Source: Chara braunii
Taxonomy: Eukaryota > Plantae > Charophyceae
Assembly: GCA_003427395.1 (NCBI GenBank)
Contig: BFEA01000041.1
Location: forward strand, 2,162,015-2,226,014
Length of the DNA: 64,000 bases
Direction of reading: 5' to 3'
Both the position numbers and the translations under genes were made by a program. The notes under the pieces are model-generated. The model worked only from the letters and a program-made list of their open reading frames with translations. It made no database searches and was not told the origin of the DNA. Positions 1 to 11,845 of this stretch are shown here, one piece after another (positions within the stretch are counted from its first letter, which is position 1; each line of letters begins with the position of its first letter).

Positions 1-88
<88 letters not shown>
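1..88. repeat. (TC)n microsatellite
   Basis: Pure dinucleotide run; similar (TC/GA)n and (CA/GT)n runs at ~6158, 11790, 20760-20882, 27782, 49907 and 54693. Confidence 0.98.
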
Positions 89-90
<2 letters not shown>

Positions 91-1472
91 CCATTATCGT
101 CGCCTTCCAACCGCCCCACAACCCCCACCTCGTTCCCATTATCGTCGCCTTCCAACCGCTCCACAACCCTACCTGTGTCGATGAAGGTGCTTCATTTTTT
201 CTGTGCCATCAGATTGTTGGTGCTTCATCAAGGAGAGCCTTCCTTATTTTTTGGTGTTGGGGGTTGGGTGGGGGGTAGGGGTGTAGGGGGGGGTGGGGGG
301 AGGGTGTCTTCCCTTTTGCGTCGATGAATGGTGTTCGATAATTTTAGTTATTTTTTGTGAAATGTAGACGTGTCGACTCTCCAATTTTTGGTTGTGAGAG
401 AGATTAGTGGTGACGAGGAGTCCTCGTCAGGAAATTCTAAGGTGTATTTGTATTTAAGCTATCGTAAGGTGAAACGAGCTTTTGGCGTTTCGATGCCCGA
501 CTTTGCAATCAAACTGCGATGATCGTGCTTGTTTATTCAACAGACAAAGGGCCTCGGTTCACTCCACAGCGTTGGGAATGGGTCTGGAGCCCGGTAATGT
601 TCCTGATTCATTTGATATCTGGGACGAGTCAGATTGTATCTGGTCCAAAGCTGGTCCAAAGCACAGTCCAGATACTTGTGCATCTGCTGCGTGGTGGAGT
701 AGGCCCGAAGTTTGTGATTTTGCTCTTATTCCTATTCATTCGCTCCGTCGACGGCAGAACGTTAACCGTTAGTTTGTCTGTGAAGATTGCCCGGTCTCTG
801 CTGTGTGTGGCACGGAGGAACTTTTTGGCATCTGGCATCTGGACTCCGCTTTTGACCAGATGCACTTGGACTGTCTCCGGTTCTAAATTCTAATAAATAC
901 GAGGGGAGGAGGTAAAGGCGAGGTTGTGATTGGTTAATCCGCTCCTCTTGCCGAGAGGATTCACATTTATTTATCGGTGAGGATTTTTGCAAATGCATGC
1001 TTTATGTGTGTTTGCTCCGGACAACAAGTCTCATTACTGATGTGGATCGTTATGGTAATAACTTGTGAGGATGGTGATGTATGCCCTAAGCGTGTCCGAA
1101 TGAAATTATTGTATGGTCGATGAAATAAAAAGCCAGTTAAAAAAGGGTTAGGCTGACGAATGAGCCTAGCTCAGTATAGGTACCCCCACGAACTGTCGAA
1201 TCAGACACCCAGAATAAGATAAATTTTGAATTACCTTGGACAGCTTGGCTTCAGTGATGATATCTCGAGGCCGTCGGCCTTCTTTTTTTCTTAACACAAA
1301 AAAGGGTTAGGCTGTAGTTGCTGTCCATAAAGGAGAGAAAAATTGAAAAGGTAAAGAAGGAAAAAGAAACAAAAACAAAAGAACCCCTAAGGGCTTATTA
1401 GGCTGCAGTTGCTGTTCATTAAGGATATGCACTCTGTAAGGATGGTAAAAATAAATAAATAAATAATAAAAA

Positions 1473-1514
<42 letters not shown>

Positions 1515-2573
1515 TAAAAATCAAATAAACAGAAGAAAGGAAGGGAAAGGTGTTAGGCTATGGTTGCCACTGATTGAGCATCCGGACTGTTTAAGGATGG
1601 ATGGTGAGCACTTTGTGAGGATTAAAACTTGTGCCTGTAGTGTGTGCAAATGGAATTTATGGGTGGTTGATCAAAGGAAAAGCCGTTAGCCAAGAAAACA
1701 ACGAAGTAAAATGGAAATGAATAAAAATAAAATGAAAAAAAAATTAGAACATGAAATAAAGTGAGAAAAGGGTCCCGAAAAAGAAATGGACAAGAAGAAA
1801 AAAGGAAGGGACTAGGCTGGAGTTGCTTTCTACAAATGAGATCCGCTGTGTAAGGGCGTGGCAGTAACTTGTGAGGGTGGTACCTTGTGCCTACGCCCCT
1901 CATGTCACGAGCGCTGAGTGCGCGGCTTCAAAATTACTAGGTCCCGCTGGTCCGTCCGCCGAGATGGGTACCGGTCGAGGGCTGGGGAAAATCAAGCATT
2001 AGAAAAAAAAAGGTGTTAGTGGTGATCAGAGCCATGAATGCTCGTAGCCCTTCATTATGATAACAAAACGTTTTGGCGGGGCGCAGCCAATTGGTTTGAC
2101 TTTGACGGAAACAGAATGTTGTCGTCATTGGAATACCACGTCTATGACGGTATTGGTCTTGTGCAGAGCATTACACAGTTATGCCTACACCCATAAAAAC
2201 ACAGTGGTCGTGTGCAGAGCGGTACACAGTTATGCCTACAGCCATAAACACAGTCTTCCCTTGGTGGATGTGGTATTCCGTGCCGCCTAGGGCAGAAGCA
2301 CATTGACTTGTGTATGGGGAAAGGCTTGACTTGGGCAGAAGCAGGTTGGCTTGGCTGTGTGCACTTGGACGAAGCGGCGGCAGCAGCAGTGCACTGCATT
2401 GTCCTTGGTGCACTGCTGTATGCAGCTATGCCTATGCCCGAAGCACAGCATCCTTTTGCCCCTTGGTAGTAGTGCCCTGTGTAGAGATAAAGCACACTGA
2501 CTCGCCTGTATGTGCATTGCAACATGAAGTCTTGACCAGGTTCGCTGCACTATATCGTCTTGCGGCCGTGGGC

Positions 2574-2779
2574 AAGAGCAGTGTACCAACTTGCCCAGAG
2601 TCTACCGCGCCGGCGGCAGGAGCACATCAGCTTATGCGTGGAAAGTAGCTCTGCGTCATCTATCCGACACGGATCGAAGAGCAGTGTACCAACTTGCCCA
2701 GAGTCTACCACGCCGGTGGCAGGAGCACATCAGCTCATGCGTGGAAAGTAGCTCTGCGTCATCTATCCAACACGGATCG
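2574..2779. repeat. Tandem duplication of a 103-bp unit
   Basis: AAGAGCAGTGTACCAACTTGCCCAGAG...CACGGATCG at 2574 and 2677, few mismatches. Confidence 0.9.
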
Positions 2780-4266
2780 AAAGATCTGACCCAAAGAGAA
2801 GGAAGGAAGTATATGAACGTAAGTTCATGGCTATGGCTCACTCTCACTCTCCTCCTCACACAGCGTTGCTGTCTTCTCTCTTCGCTTATCTCAGCCCCGA
2901 TTGGTCACGAGATTGATAGGAGAAATGAATCTGGTCTTAGAACCCGCAACAATCATTTCGATGCAGCTCTTCTGCCCTACCGTTTCATTCTGAAGCAAGT
3001 CTGTGAAGACACATGTAAGCGGGCGTTCCCCTCCTTTCTGTTTCAAGTATGTGCTTGCGAAACTGGCCTCAAGTTTGAGGCGGGTGGCCACGAAAGCGAC
3101 AGGGCACTCTCAAGTGCTCTTCACTTCGCCGTGTTCCGTGGTAATTGCACCATCAAGTGATCTTCACATCTCTGGTTCTTGTGTCACGTAGCTTTGTAGA
3201 TCTAGAGTATGGGATACAATGCAGGTCAAAACATTAGCAATTCAGCAATTATCAACGAACCTGCCAGGGTCTCCTGCAGTGAAACTCGAGGTTCAGTTGA
3301 GAGCTCTTGCACATGTACATGCATACTTTCTTAGTTGCATCCTCCTACCATCCGAGCAAAAAGTTGTTGATCAAGGGGGTAGAAGAAAACTTTCAAGTCT
3401 CATCCTTCGGAAAAGTTTATTCCTCCGGATATTATTTGCATGAAATGCGCAAGTATTTGGATTTTCTACGTTGCACAATGATGAGAGAAAATGGATCTGT
3501 CTGAAAATGGAAGGCTGTGAAGGAGAGTCGAGAGGCAGTCGAACCAATTGGCCTTCGCTCGTGGCGTTAACGGTGATTACACTCTTTGAACACTTCAAGC
3601 AAAAGATGGATCACTGGAAGTGTGTTGTGTGAGGAGAAAAAGTAAGGGTGCACCCATGGCTTTCAAAGAAAATTAGTCCGAAGGAACACACAAACCAGCT
3701 CGTTAGCTGAATTCCCAAGCCAAGGATCTATGTATAAAGTCCAGTATAATCTCTTATTTGATTTTTAGAGATTAGGCCTACCACGTCGCACACGAGTAAA
3801 AGAAAAATAAGGGACAACTTGGGGACTATGCAAAATGCTCCAGGAATCGTCAAGCTGGCCGCGGTCGCATCATCACCGTGCCACTCTAGCCGGGTGTGCC
3901 AACCGCATTTTCCCAGTTCCCCTACGATGAGATAGGTTTTGGCGGGGCACAACTTGTCTTCCCTAAGGGGTTGTTAGAGGTGGATCCCTACCGAGCTACT
4001 GACCCATGTGCGAAAGCTTGTAGATGTATACGTAGAGGTAGCTTAGCCAATTGCGTTTGCTCGTTCGCTGCAGTATAGGTACTATTGGTTAAAATGTCGA
4101 CTGGACGCGGTCGTTCGTTCCCCAAGGTGTTGATTTAAGTACGAAGGGGACGCAGGTCAGTAGGACGGTATTGACGAAGCGTGAAACCCATAATCTATCC
4201 TAGTCCCTTCACATCTCGCTGAAGATAATATAAATAAAATCTATACCCCTCAGATTCAACCATAAG

Positions 4267-4556
4267 CTAGGCTACCAGAGTGGCCCGGGGTGACTTGCCC
4301 GGCCGGGCCAAAAACATTAAAAAAAAATAAAAATAAAAATAAATATTTTTAAATTTAATTTTGTATTTCGAATTTGGTGATGAATTTCGATATGACCCTG
4401 AGGCAAAAGTTGCTCAGTTTGTTTTTCTGCATAACATTAATTGTTTGTGGATTTTTTGGAGGTTTTTTTTTTTTTTTTTTTTTTGTTGATGTGACCTTCC
4501 CTGGTCCTTGCACGGGCTGGCCACCCGGGACCCGGGCGGCCCGGCTGGTAGCGTAG
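4267..4556. mobile_element. Non-autonomous DNA transposon (hAT-like MITE)
   Basis: 12-bp TIR CTAGGCTACCAG / CTGGTAGCGTAG (1 mismatch), exact 8-bp TSD ACCATAAG (4259-4266, 4557-4564), CCCGG-rich subtermini, AT-rich core. Confidence 0.85.
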
Positions 4557-6156
4557 ACCATAAGTGATTGACTCAAATCGCGTTGGGGAGAAAGTCGACC
4601 CTGATCAGATTTTGACTTGATGACATGATCTCCCGAAGTTATGCTTTCCAACTTATCTACCGTCGACCTAAGATCAGACACGGTCATATCTGTCTCCATA
4701 CGTTTCTAATCCTCTTGGATGACAGGCTGCTCTGCGGATGATTCTTGATCAGATGCGCTCCCTGCATGCTCGACAAAAATCACATAATAGCTTGCCTCGA
4801 TATTAAAAACTGACTAGTGATCTTGCCTTCATGCAAGGAGGATTGTCATGTGATATGTGCATCTGTGGTCCGCAGTTCTTGTGGCACGAACCCCATTCAG
4901 GCAAGTCGTGTCTGCGTGTGTCCACTTTATTCTAGTGGCCCCACGGACCGGGCTCCTTTTGGCATCGGTCTAACTGAAGTTTTGGCGCGTAAATGCGACC
5001 ACCAGGGTAACCAACGCCAACCCCCTCCTGATTAGGACTTAGGGAAAAGGTGGGTCCACCATTTGCCATCATGTACCCAACCCTCTAGGAAGTGGTATGT
5101 GGATACTTTGTCCACTCGCCCGAGTGCATGACTCAGATCTCAGTGGTTGGACCGTTACCACCGAGTTGGTGAAGTACCAGCCCCGAGGAATCAGGTCCAC
5201 TCCATGTCGATAACAAGGCAGATTCCTAAAGCATACAAACCCCGGCCTTTAATATTTCTAGAGAGAGGGGGCGATCAAACCCAAAAACTCTGAATCGCCG
5301 CGGCGGTATGTCATAGCTATGGCCGCCAAGCAAGGACTATGGCTGCTGGCTATGGCCACTAACAATTGGCTACGACCGCCGAGTACCCCATCCCAATCTG
5401 CCTCTAAAACTTTCACTTCTTTCCTCCGACTTCCACCGTCAACAATTCTCACTCCCCCATTTCTCTATTGCACACGGCTATGGCCGCCAAACTTTTGGCT
5501 ATGGCCTGCAAGTCCACTTTCAACTCGCCCTTCTTACTCCAACTTGCATCGCAGGTTCCACTGCACAACCCTTTGCGACTTCGCTGTGACACCAGTCTAG
5601 CAAGCTCACTTACTCCCTCCTTCACCGATGCCACTCTCTGTGCTCTGTGCAAGCTGTGGCCGACCCACAGCTGTGGCCGCCAGCCTCTTCAACCACCTTC
5701 ACTTGATGATGCAACCTTAGCTGCCGCATTCTCTTCAATGTTCTCTACTAATAGCAATTCCATCTTCGTTGGGCTTGACGTGACACAGCATGCAGCCCCC
5801 AGCCTTCGATTGTTGCTGCCCAACTTCTTCCTCTACATTACACCAACTTCTCCAATCTAGTCTCTCTCCACCTTCCAGACCCCCCTACTGTTAATCTTCC
5901 AAGAATCCCCTCCTCTGTGGGTGAGATTTTCCCTCAACTCTTCATTTTCAAGTAGAACACGTGTTCTCCCTTCAAAATATCTTCCTTCAATTAGAACACA
6001 ACTGTGTTCCACAAGCCATTCGATTAGTACACACCTGTGTACTTTCCAATCACTCCCCCAACTTCACTTCCAACACCTCCTTCCTTCCCCCAAGTAGCCG
6101 TTCTCTAGTAGACTCTCCTTCCTTGTAGAAGATCCTCCTCCTTCCAAGAGTAGAAA

Positions 6157-6232
<76 letters not shown>

Positions 6233-7660
6233 ATTAATCTACGGACTTCCTCAAAGCTTGGCAGCATCACCTTCTCTCACCGCTAAGCAGTCCTACACAA
6301 GGTCCTGAAGCATCGCCCCTTAGTTCCCCGCAGACAAAGTGCCAGCCGCACTGAGGCAGAGCACCCCTAGTCTTGGCTACGGCTGGCCTCCCCCTCCTCT
6401 AGCCCCCTGCAGTCCACCTACTTCTCCCGCAGACCTCCAGTTGCTCCTCCACCAGCTTCTCCTTCCTCCTCCAGCAGAGTCTCCCCTTGGGTAGTGTGAT
6501 GCATCCCAGCCTCCTCCAGCAGAGTCTCCCCTCGGCTAGTGTGATGCATCCCAGCTAGCACTCAACTGAGTGTGAGTGTGGGCAGCATCACTGCCTCCAC
6601 AAATGTGAGCCTGCTGAGGGACTGCCCAACTTTTATAGTTGCTGGAGGGGCTGTGAGCAGCGGTTTGAGCCTCAGCCCAAAATTCGGGCTCCGGCTGGGC
6701 CCTTGATCTGAACCCAAGATCAAGGGCCACAAACCTTGCTTCTCCCCTAGGAGAAGCAAGGGCCCTCGAACTCCAATTCACCCGGCCACTTTCCCAGGTC
6801 GGGTGCATCGAGGAAAGGCTGTATCAGGCCTTCCTTGTGGATATGCAAACACACACAACATCCCCCTTGGCTGTGCACCTTCTCTGGCTTGCAGCCATGT
6901 CAGTGCCCCTCCCCCTGCTGCTTTCTGCCTGCTGCACATTCAGGGAGGGGCAATCGAACCTGGCTGTAAATGGCGCCTGAAGAAAACCAAAAAGAAGAAA
7001 AAGAAACAACAGAAAAAAAAAAGAAGAAAATTAAAACCTCGCCTCGTTTTAAGGGGCTGTTTGATGCCCCACAAGCTGTTGAAACGCAGACCCGAGTTCA
7101 AATCCAGGCGCAACCAGGTGAACAGCAGGGGGAAGCCTCCTTCACAGCTGCTCCCTGCTGTCCCTGTCTCCCAGACCTTCCCAACGGCAAGTCCCCAACC
7201 GTGGTACCCCCACGAACTGTCGAAATACGAACCCAAGTTTGAATCTCGCTGCTCTTCACGAGCGGAGGGGGAAGATGCAGCCCCAGAGCCATCACAGCAG
7301 TGGGGCTACCACGTCAAAACGGAGGCAAAACGGAGGCCAGAGTTTGATTCCAGATGCAATCAGGCGCAACTTCCCCCACATGCCGCTCCTGAAGGCCTGG
7401 TGGCCTAAAAGCCAAAAAAAAAAAAAAACTTGTCGGGGATTACCCATGGCCTGGAAGAGAGACCCGAGTTAGAATCCAGATGCAAACAGGGCGGGAAGAC
7501 CCCACCACTCACCGAATGTCCGAAAGGAGAGTGAATCTTCTTCTAGATCGTGGAAAGATATGTCGCCATACACGAATTCCAACCCCTCCTCGTTTCAACG
7601 AGATGGGGGGGAAATATAATGTGACAAAAAAAAAAGAAAAGAAAAGAAAANATAATGTGA

Positions 7661-7729
<69 letters not shown>

Positions 7730-8138
7730 CCAAAAAAAAAAAAAAAAAAAAACAATGAGCTTGATGCCCGAAAAACGGGCGCCTGCAGACTGTTGGGGGG
7801 GTTCAAACTCCCTGTTCCCTGAAAATGCGCCACATGCCACATGGCGCTTCTTTTTTTGAGAAAACTACGGTGCAGTCAGGGTTTGAGTTTGTAATTGCAC
7901 TTGAGGCAGAAGAGCCGGTAATGCTGAATGTATATGACCTACTTTTCCGGTCCGGTGGGGTCGCGTGGGGGTGTGTTGTATTCGCGGGATTGCCTGAAGT
8001 GCAATTACAAACTTTTTTCGTGACTGCGCCGAAGTTACCCCTTTTTTTTTTTCTTTTTTTTTTTTTGCCGTATGCCAATGGCTCCTCCATCCACTGACTG
8101 TTCAAGTACAGACCTGAGTTCGAGTCCTAAAGGACTCG

Positions 8139-8195
8139 AAAAAACTGAACAAATTTTTAAAATTATGCATTTCATCTTTGCGCAGGGGACATGCT
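8139..8195 (-). pseudogene. U6: U6 snRNA 3'-half relic
   Basis: Minus strand AGCATGTCCCCTGCGCAAAGATGAAATGCATAATTTTAAAAATTTGTTCAGTTTTT aligns to plant U6 AGCATGGCCCCTGCGCAAGGATGACACGCATAAATCGAGAAATGGTCCAAATTTT. Confidence 0.75.
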
Positions 8196-8215
8196 TTACC
8201 CAATCAGCCGCGCGA

Positions 8216-8217
<2 letters not shown>

Positions 8218-8256
<39 letters not shown>

Positions 8257-8520
8257 AACAAAAGCTCCAATCTATTCATGGGGAGCAGCACGTGCTGGGA
8301 ACCGGGCCCAGCATCCCTTTTGAACATGCATTGACGCACCGGAGCCATTATCTGACTTCGGCTGAAGAAAATCTAAGAGCAGTTTTGAACCAAGTATGAA
8401 TGAGCCACTTCAAAGAAGTTAATGAAGAGAGAGGAGCCTACACATACACAGCCCAAGGCCGCATTTCTCCTACTGAATCACACCAACTTCCCCTGTTCCT
8501 GGAATCTCTTCACCCTACTG
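8218..8520 (-). mobile_element. 5'-truncated L1/Tx1-type LINE 3' end
   Basis: Poly(A) (poly-T on +) next to the conserved 3' tail motif at 8264-8317; 5' boundary approximate. Confidence 0.7.
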
Positions 8521-8681
8521 TTGGGATCACGCGGCCGAAATCGGCTGTGCCCAGCCGTGTTAGCCCACAGCCGTCCCAAAAGGAGCTAGCCTGACAGGGC
8601 ATTCTGGCTTCGATCTGTGCAGCAGCAGCATATGAATTTGGCATGTTTCATGTTGGGCTAGCTCCTTCATGTGAAATAAGA

Positions 8682-8702
8682 GTGGTCCTTCGGGACATCC
8701 GT

Positions 8703-8734
<32 letters not shown>

Positions 8735-8749
8735 GGCCCCTGCGCAAGG
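8682..8749 (+). pseudogene. U6: 3'-truncated U6 snRNA copy
   Basis: GTGGTCCTTCGGGACATCCGTTAAAATTGGAACGATACAGAGAAGATTAGCATGGCCCCTGCGCAAGG, near-identical to plant U6 nt 1-68; identity then stops abruptly; no USE/TATA seen upstream. Confidence 0.93.
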
Positions 8750-10414
8750 CCTCAGCTCCCAGCAGGTCACGTGCCTGTGACTTAGCAGGCCTAGCCTGCT
8801 AGCCCTTCCGTCATAGCAGGCTGCCTGTCTGTGGCTCGGACGGGTGCCCAGTCAGATAGGCCACAGCGGGTTGGCTTCCTGGCCCTTGGCGCGGAATCAG
8901 ACCCCGAGGCCTAATAATTTAGGAAAAAACACAAATAGATAGGCGTCCTATTCTTCCCATGCCACGCCCTGACTCCCGACGTAATCGCACGGCTTAGCAG
9001 CCGCGCATCATTATTTTAAACAGAATAGGCTTAAAATCAACCTTCCCACTGCCGTATAACCGCTGCGGCCTTTCCAAACACGGGGAGAGGCCGGCCACGC
9101 TGCTGTTTCTCACCTTTCATTTCCGGATGGAGCAGGCGTCCAGACTTAGGTTCGAAAGGTTTTGGTCTCTCGGTCAGAGGGTTGGTTCGAATTAGCTTTT
9201 GGCAGATGCATGTCTCATCAAGTCGCTCAATTCAAAGGAAGCTCGGACAGTGTCCGCCGTTTAAAATACCCGGCAGATACCCTTGTCGGGGTCTCTTCCC
9301 CGACAACGCTTTTTCCGTAAGTTCGTGTGTCACACAACCTTCAAATTCTCCTACCCACAGCCAAACCATAATCGATTAAAACAACAGCATTTCTATCAAA
9401 CTGTAAATAGCTGCCATCTTTTGTAAGCACATTCCGAGTGTTGCGCCCCAGGTGCTGGGCGGCTCCACATGCAAATCCAGTATCCCAACAGGAAGTCATA
9501 ATTCTGCAGTCTGCAGGTTCAGAAAAATATCAGATGCAAGCCCGATCTTCAGCGCATGCATCCCAGGAGGAGGAAATTAAATACCAGGGGTCTAATGGTT
9601 TTTTTTTTTTTGTTTTTTTTTTTTTTTTTGGGGGGGGGGGCCAAGGTAATTACTGACATGGGCAGGGTGGGAGAAAAAAGGTTATAGTGGGGATACTGAA
9701 CACCCCAGAGGCACGCTTCTTCAAGTCCCACCGGCCATTTGAGACAACCTACGCCTGCTGATTCAGATGCTGCTAGGGAATAAGCCTTTTATGTTAGCTC
9801 AGCAATGATTACTTTGGGGGGAATAGTACGTTGCTGAACCAGCGGCTAGCAAGATTTTTGTTGCTGATTGTAGACCCGATAGGAACCCTGATATTGCTGA
9901 AAATATGATGAATAATTACAGAAGAACCAATCTTTTAGAAGTGAGACAAAATGATGGCGGGGATGAACAGGAATGCATCTATCTTACTCAGGAGGATCTG
10001 CAGTCTGAACCGCTGCAGACAATGGGCGGAGTAAGGGCAAAAGAGACTATGATCTACACTGGGCCAAGGAATTGCACGGTTGAAATATACAGGTGAGAGC
10101 AATATAATTGCTCAGTCCTTATGATGAGAAAGGGGGCTGTGGCAGTAAAAAAGCTGACACAAGAGAAATTACTACCTGCCTCACAACAGATATGTTTAGC
10201 TGATGAAGTTTCCACTTTGTCGCAGGTGGCATATGGTGCAGGGTATGCGGTTTCTGCAGCTGCTGATTCTCATGCTGCACAGGCAGTGCCTCATCCCTTG
10301 CAATCCTTGCCCAACCGTTACACTGTTTTTCTCAAAGAACTAAGTTTGTATTTAGTTGATAACGTAAGACCACATGAAGGCCACAATAAGTGGCTCGGCA
10401 GAGAATGAGTCTCG

Positions 10415-10510
10415 GGTGTATCCTTCTTCAGTTTTATCACTTTTTTTTTCTTATATCCTTCTCCTTTATTTTTGGTTACTCATCAAATGGCACTAAGTCT
10501 GTGCCTGTAA
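10415..10510 (+). pseudogene. nad2: NUMT: mitochondrial nad2 C-terminal fragment
   Basis: Translates GVSFFSFITFFFLYPSPLFLVTHQMALSLCL*, matching the plant mitochondrial Nad2 C-terminus (LYPSPLFxVTHQMALSL). Confidence 0.88.
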
Positions 10511-10625
10511 GTTTCGAGCGGAGACGAAACTTCGTAGTAGTAAAATAAATACNCGCAGCTAACTAAATGCCATAAAGGCTGNGCGTACTCGGGCTTGGTT
10601 GGTGGTGATTTCTATATGTACATTC

Positions 10626-10894
10626 TTACCACCAACGATAATGAGAAAAGCTACGATTTGATTCAGCTAATTTATGAAGATCATCTCTTTTTTTTCTAGC
10701 AAATCCTTGTTTTTTCTAAGCATCCTGTATTTCAGCAGATAAAGATTGATCTAAACTTATGTTTTTTTTGTCAAATGTCGTCTCCACAAGGCGCCTTCAA
10801 GAATCCACCGAAGAGCTAAGGTTTCTTGACGACTCTTTGGTATAACGGATGGGACTAATTGGGTGGTTCCGGAGATTCTGACTTTTCTTACTTC
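10626..10894 (-). pseudogene. rps7: NUMT: mitochondrial rps7 3' fragment
   Basis: Translates EVRKVRISGTTQLVPSVIPKSRQETLALRWILEGA...[42 protein letters not shown], with an internal stop and an apparent frameshift. Confidence 0.9.
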
Positions 10895-11143
10895 TTGCCG
10901 CTTTCTTTCTTTCTTTCCGTCTCATTAATGAAACAAGTGAGATGCGTTGCGTAAAGTCTCTGAGGATCCCAAACAGCTCGGCGGTCGCTGGCTAGGGCGA
11001 GCGGCCGTACTTTTTTGTGGTTTCCTGCTGATTGAACATTGCTTATACAATTTTCACTGGTTTGGAGCAAGCACTTACGGGCGTGGTCCTATATAAACCT
11101 ACTAGTTTATCGAGAACATTATCGAATGATGATTCGTGGCGGA

Positions 11144-11210
11144 GAGCCGTATGATGGGAAACTATCACGTGCGGCTCGGAGGGCGGGAAAACACAACTCC
11201 CGACCCCTAT
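11144..11210 (+). ncRNA. NUMT: group II intron domains V-VI (3' end of a cox1 intron at position ~835)
   Basis: GAGCCGTATGATGGGAAACTATCACGTGCGGCTC (domain V), domain VI hairpin, terminal CCCCTAT abutting a cox1 exon; upstream LVYREHYRMMI may be a decayed maturase/HNH end. Confidence 0.92.
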
Positions 11211-11251
11211 CTATGATAAGTATTGGAGTTCTTGGATTTATTGAGTGGGCT
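11211..11251 (+). pseudogene. cox1: NUMT: 41-nt cox1 exon
   Basis: (G)CT ATG ATA AGT ATT GGA GTT CTT GGA TTT ATT GAG TGG GCT = AMISIGVLGFIEWA, vs Cox1 AMISIGVLGFIVWAHH. Confidence 0.92.
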
Positions 11252-11497
11252 CAAGATGGGTCCCTCTCATGGCAACATGAGAGTTCAATCACTACACTAT
11301 ATGCTGGAAACGCCTTAGAGTTGGAGGAAGTTCCAAATTCATTGGTCAATCAGCAGGCTCGCCATAGTTTGACCGAAGAGGAGCCTCAGAGACTACTAGC
11401 GAAGCAACTTTTGTTTTGCCGCCTCTTAGTGCTGCGCAAATGGCATGGCAAGCGCCGTAGCGTAAGCTGGCAGGAAAGTTAAAGATATAGTCCATAC
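11252..11497 (+). ncRNA. NUMT: group I intron core (cox1 position ~876), 3'-truncated
   Basis: P1 with U.G at the splice site (GGGCU/C pairing with GGGUCC), P2 CTCTCATG-GCAA-CATGAGAG, P ATGCTGGAAA, Q AATCAGCAGG, R TCAGAGACTAC, S AAGATATAGTCC. Confidence 0.92.
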
Positions 11498-11540
11498 CAT
11501 GGATTTTTTTATTTTTTTTTGGCAACAGGCATTAAATTTT

Positions 11541-11786
11541 GGGAAAATTTGTCTGGTGCCCCTGTAATTTCCATTATTTTGTGTTGCGCCCCCACGACGG
11601 CCCACTTACCCTGTCGTGCCCCTCTGACCACGATTCAAATTTCCCATAAAATCCCCGGCGTTGCCTGGACCTGAAATAGTTTTGTTATGCCGCGACCGGT
11701 ACCCATTCCAAATTTGCAGTATGCCCCTATCGTTAGGGTGCAGGTTTTCAGCGCACCTCTATGGCTACGCGCACGGCGGCCACTTC

Positions 11787-11845
<59 letters not shown>

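Noticed and set aside
480-5300. Short ORFs as host exons or transposase/gag remnants
   Set aside because: No recognisable domain or consistent exon chain could be supported by eye.
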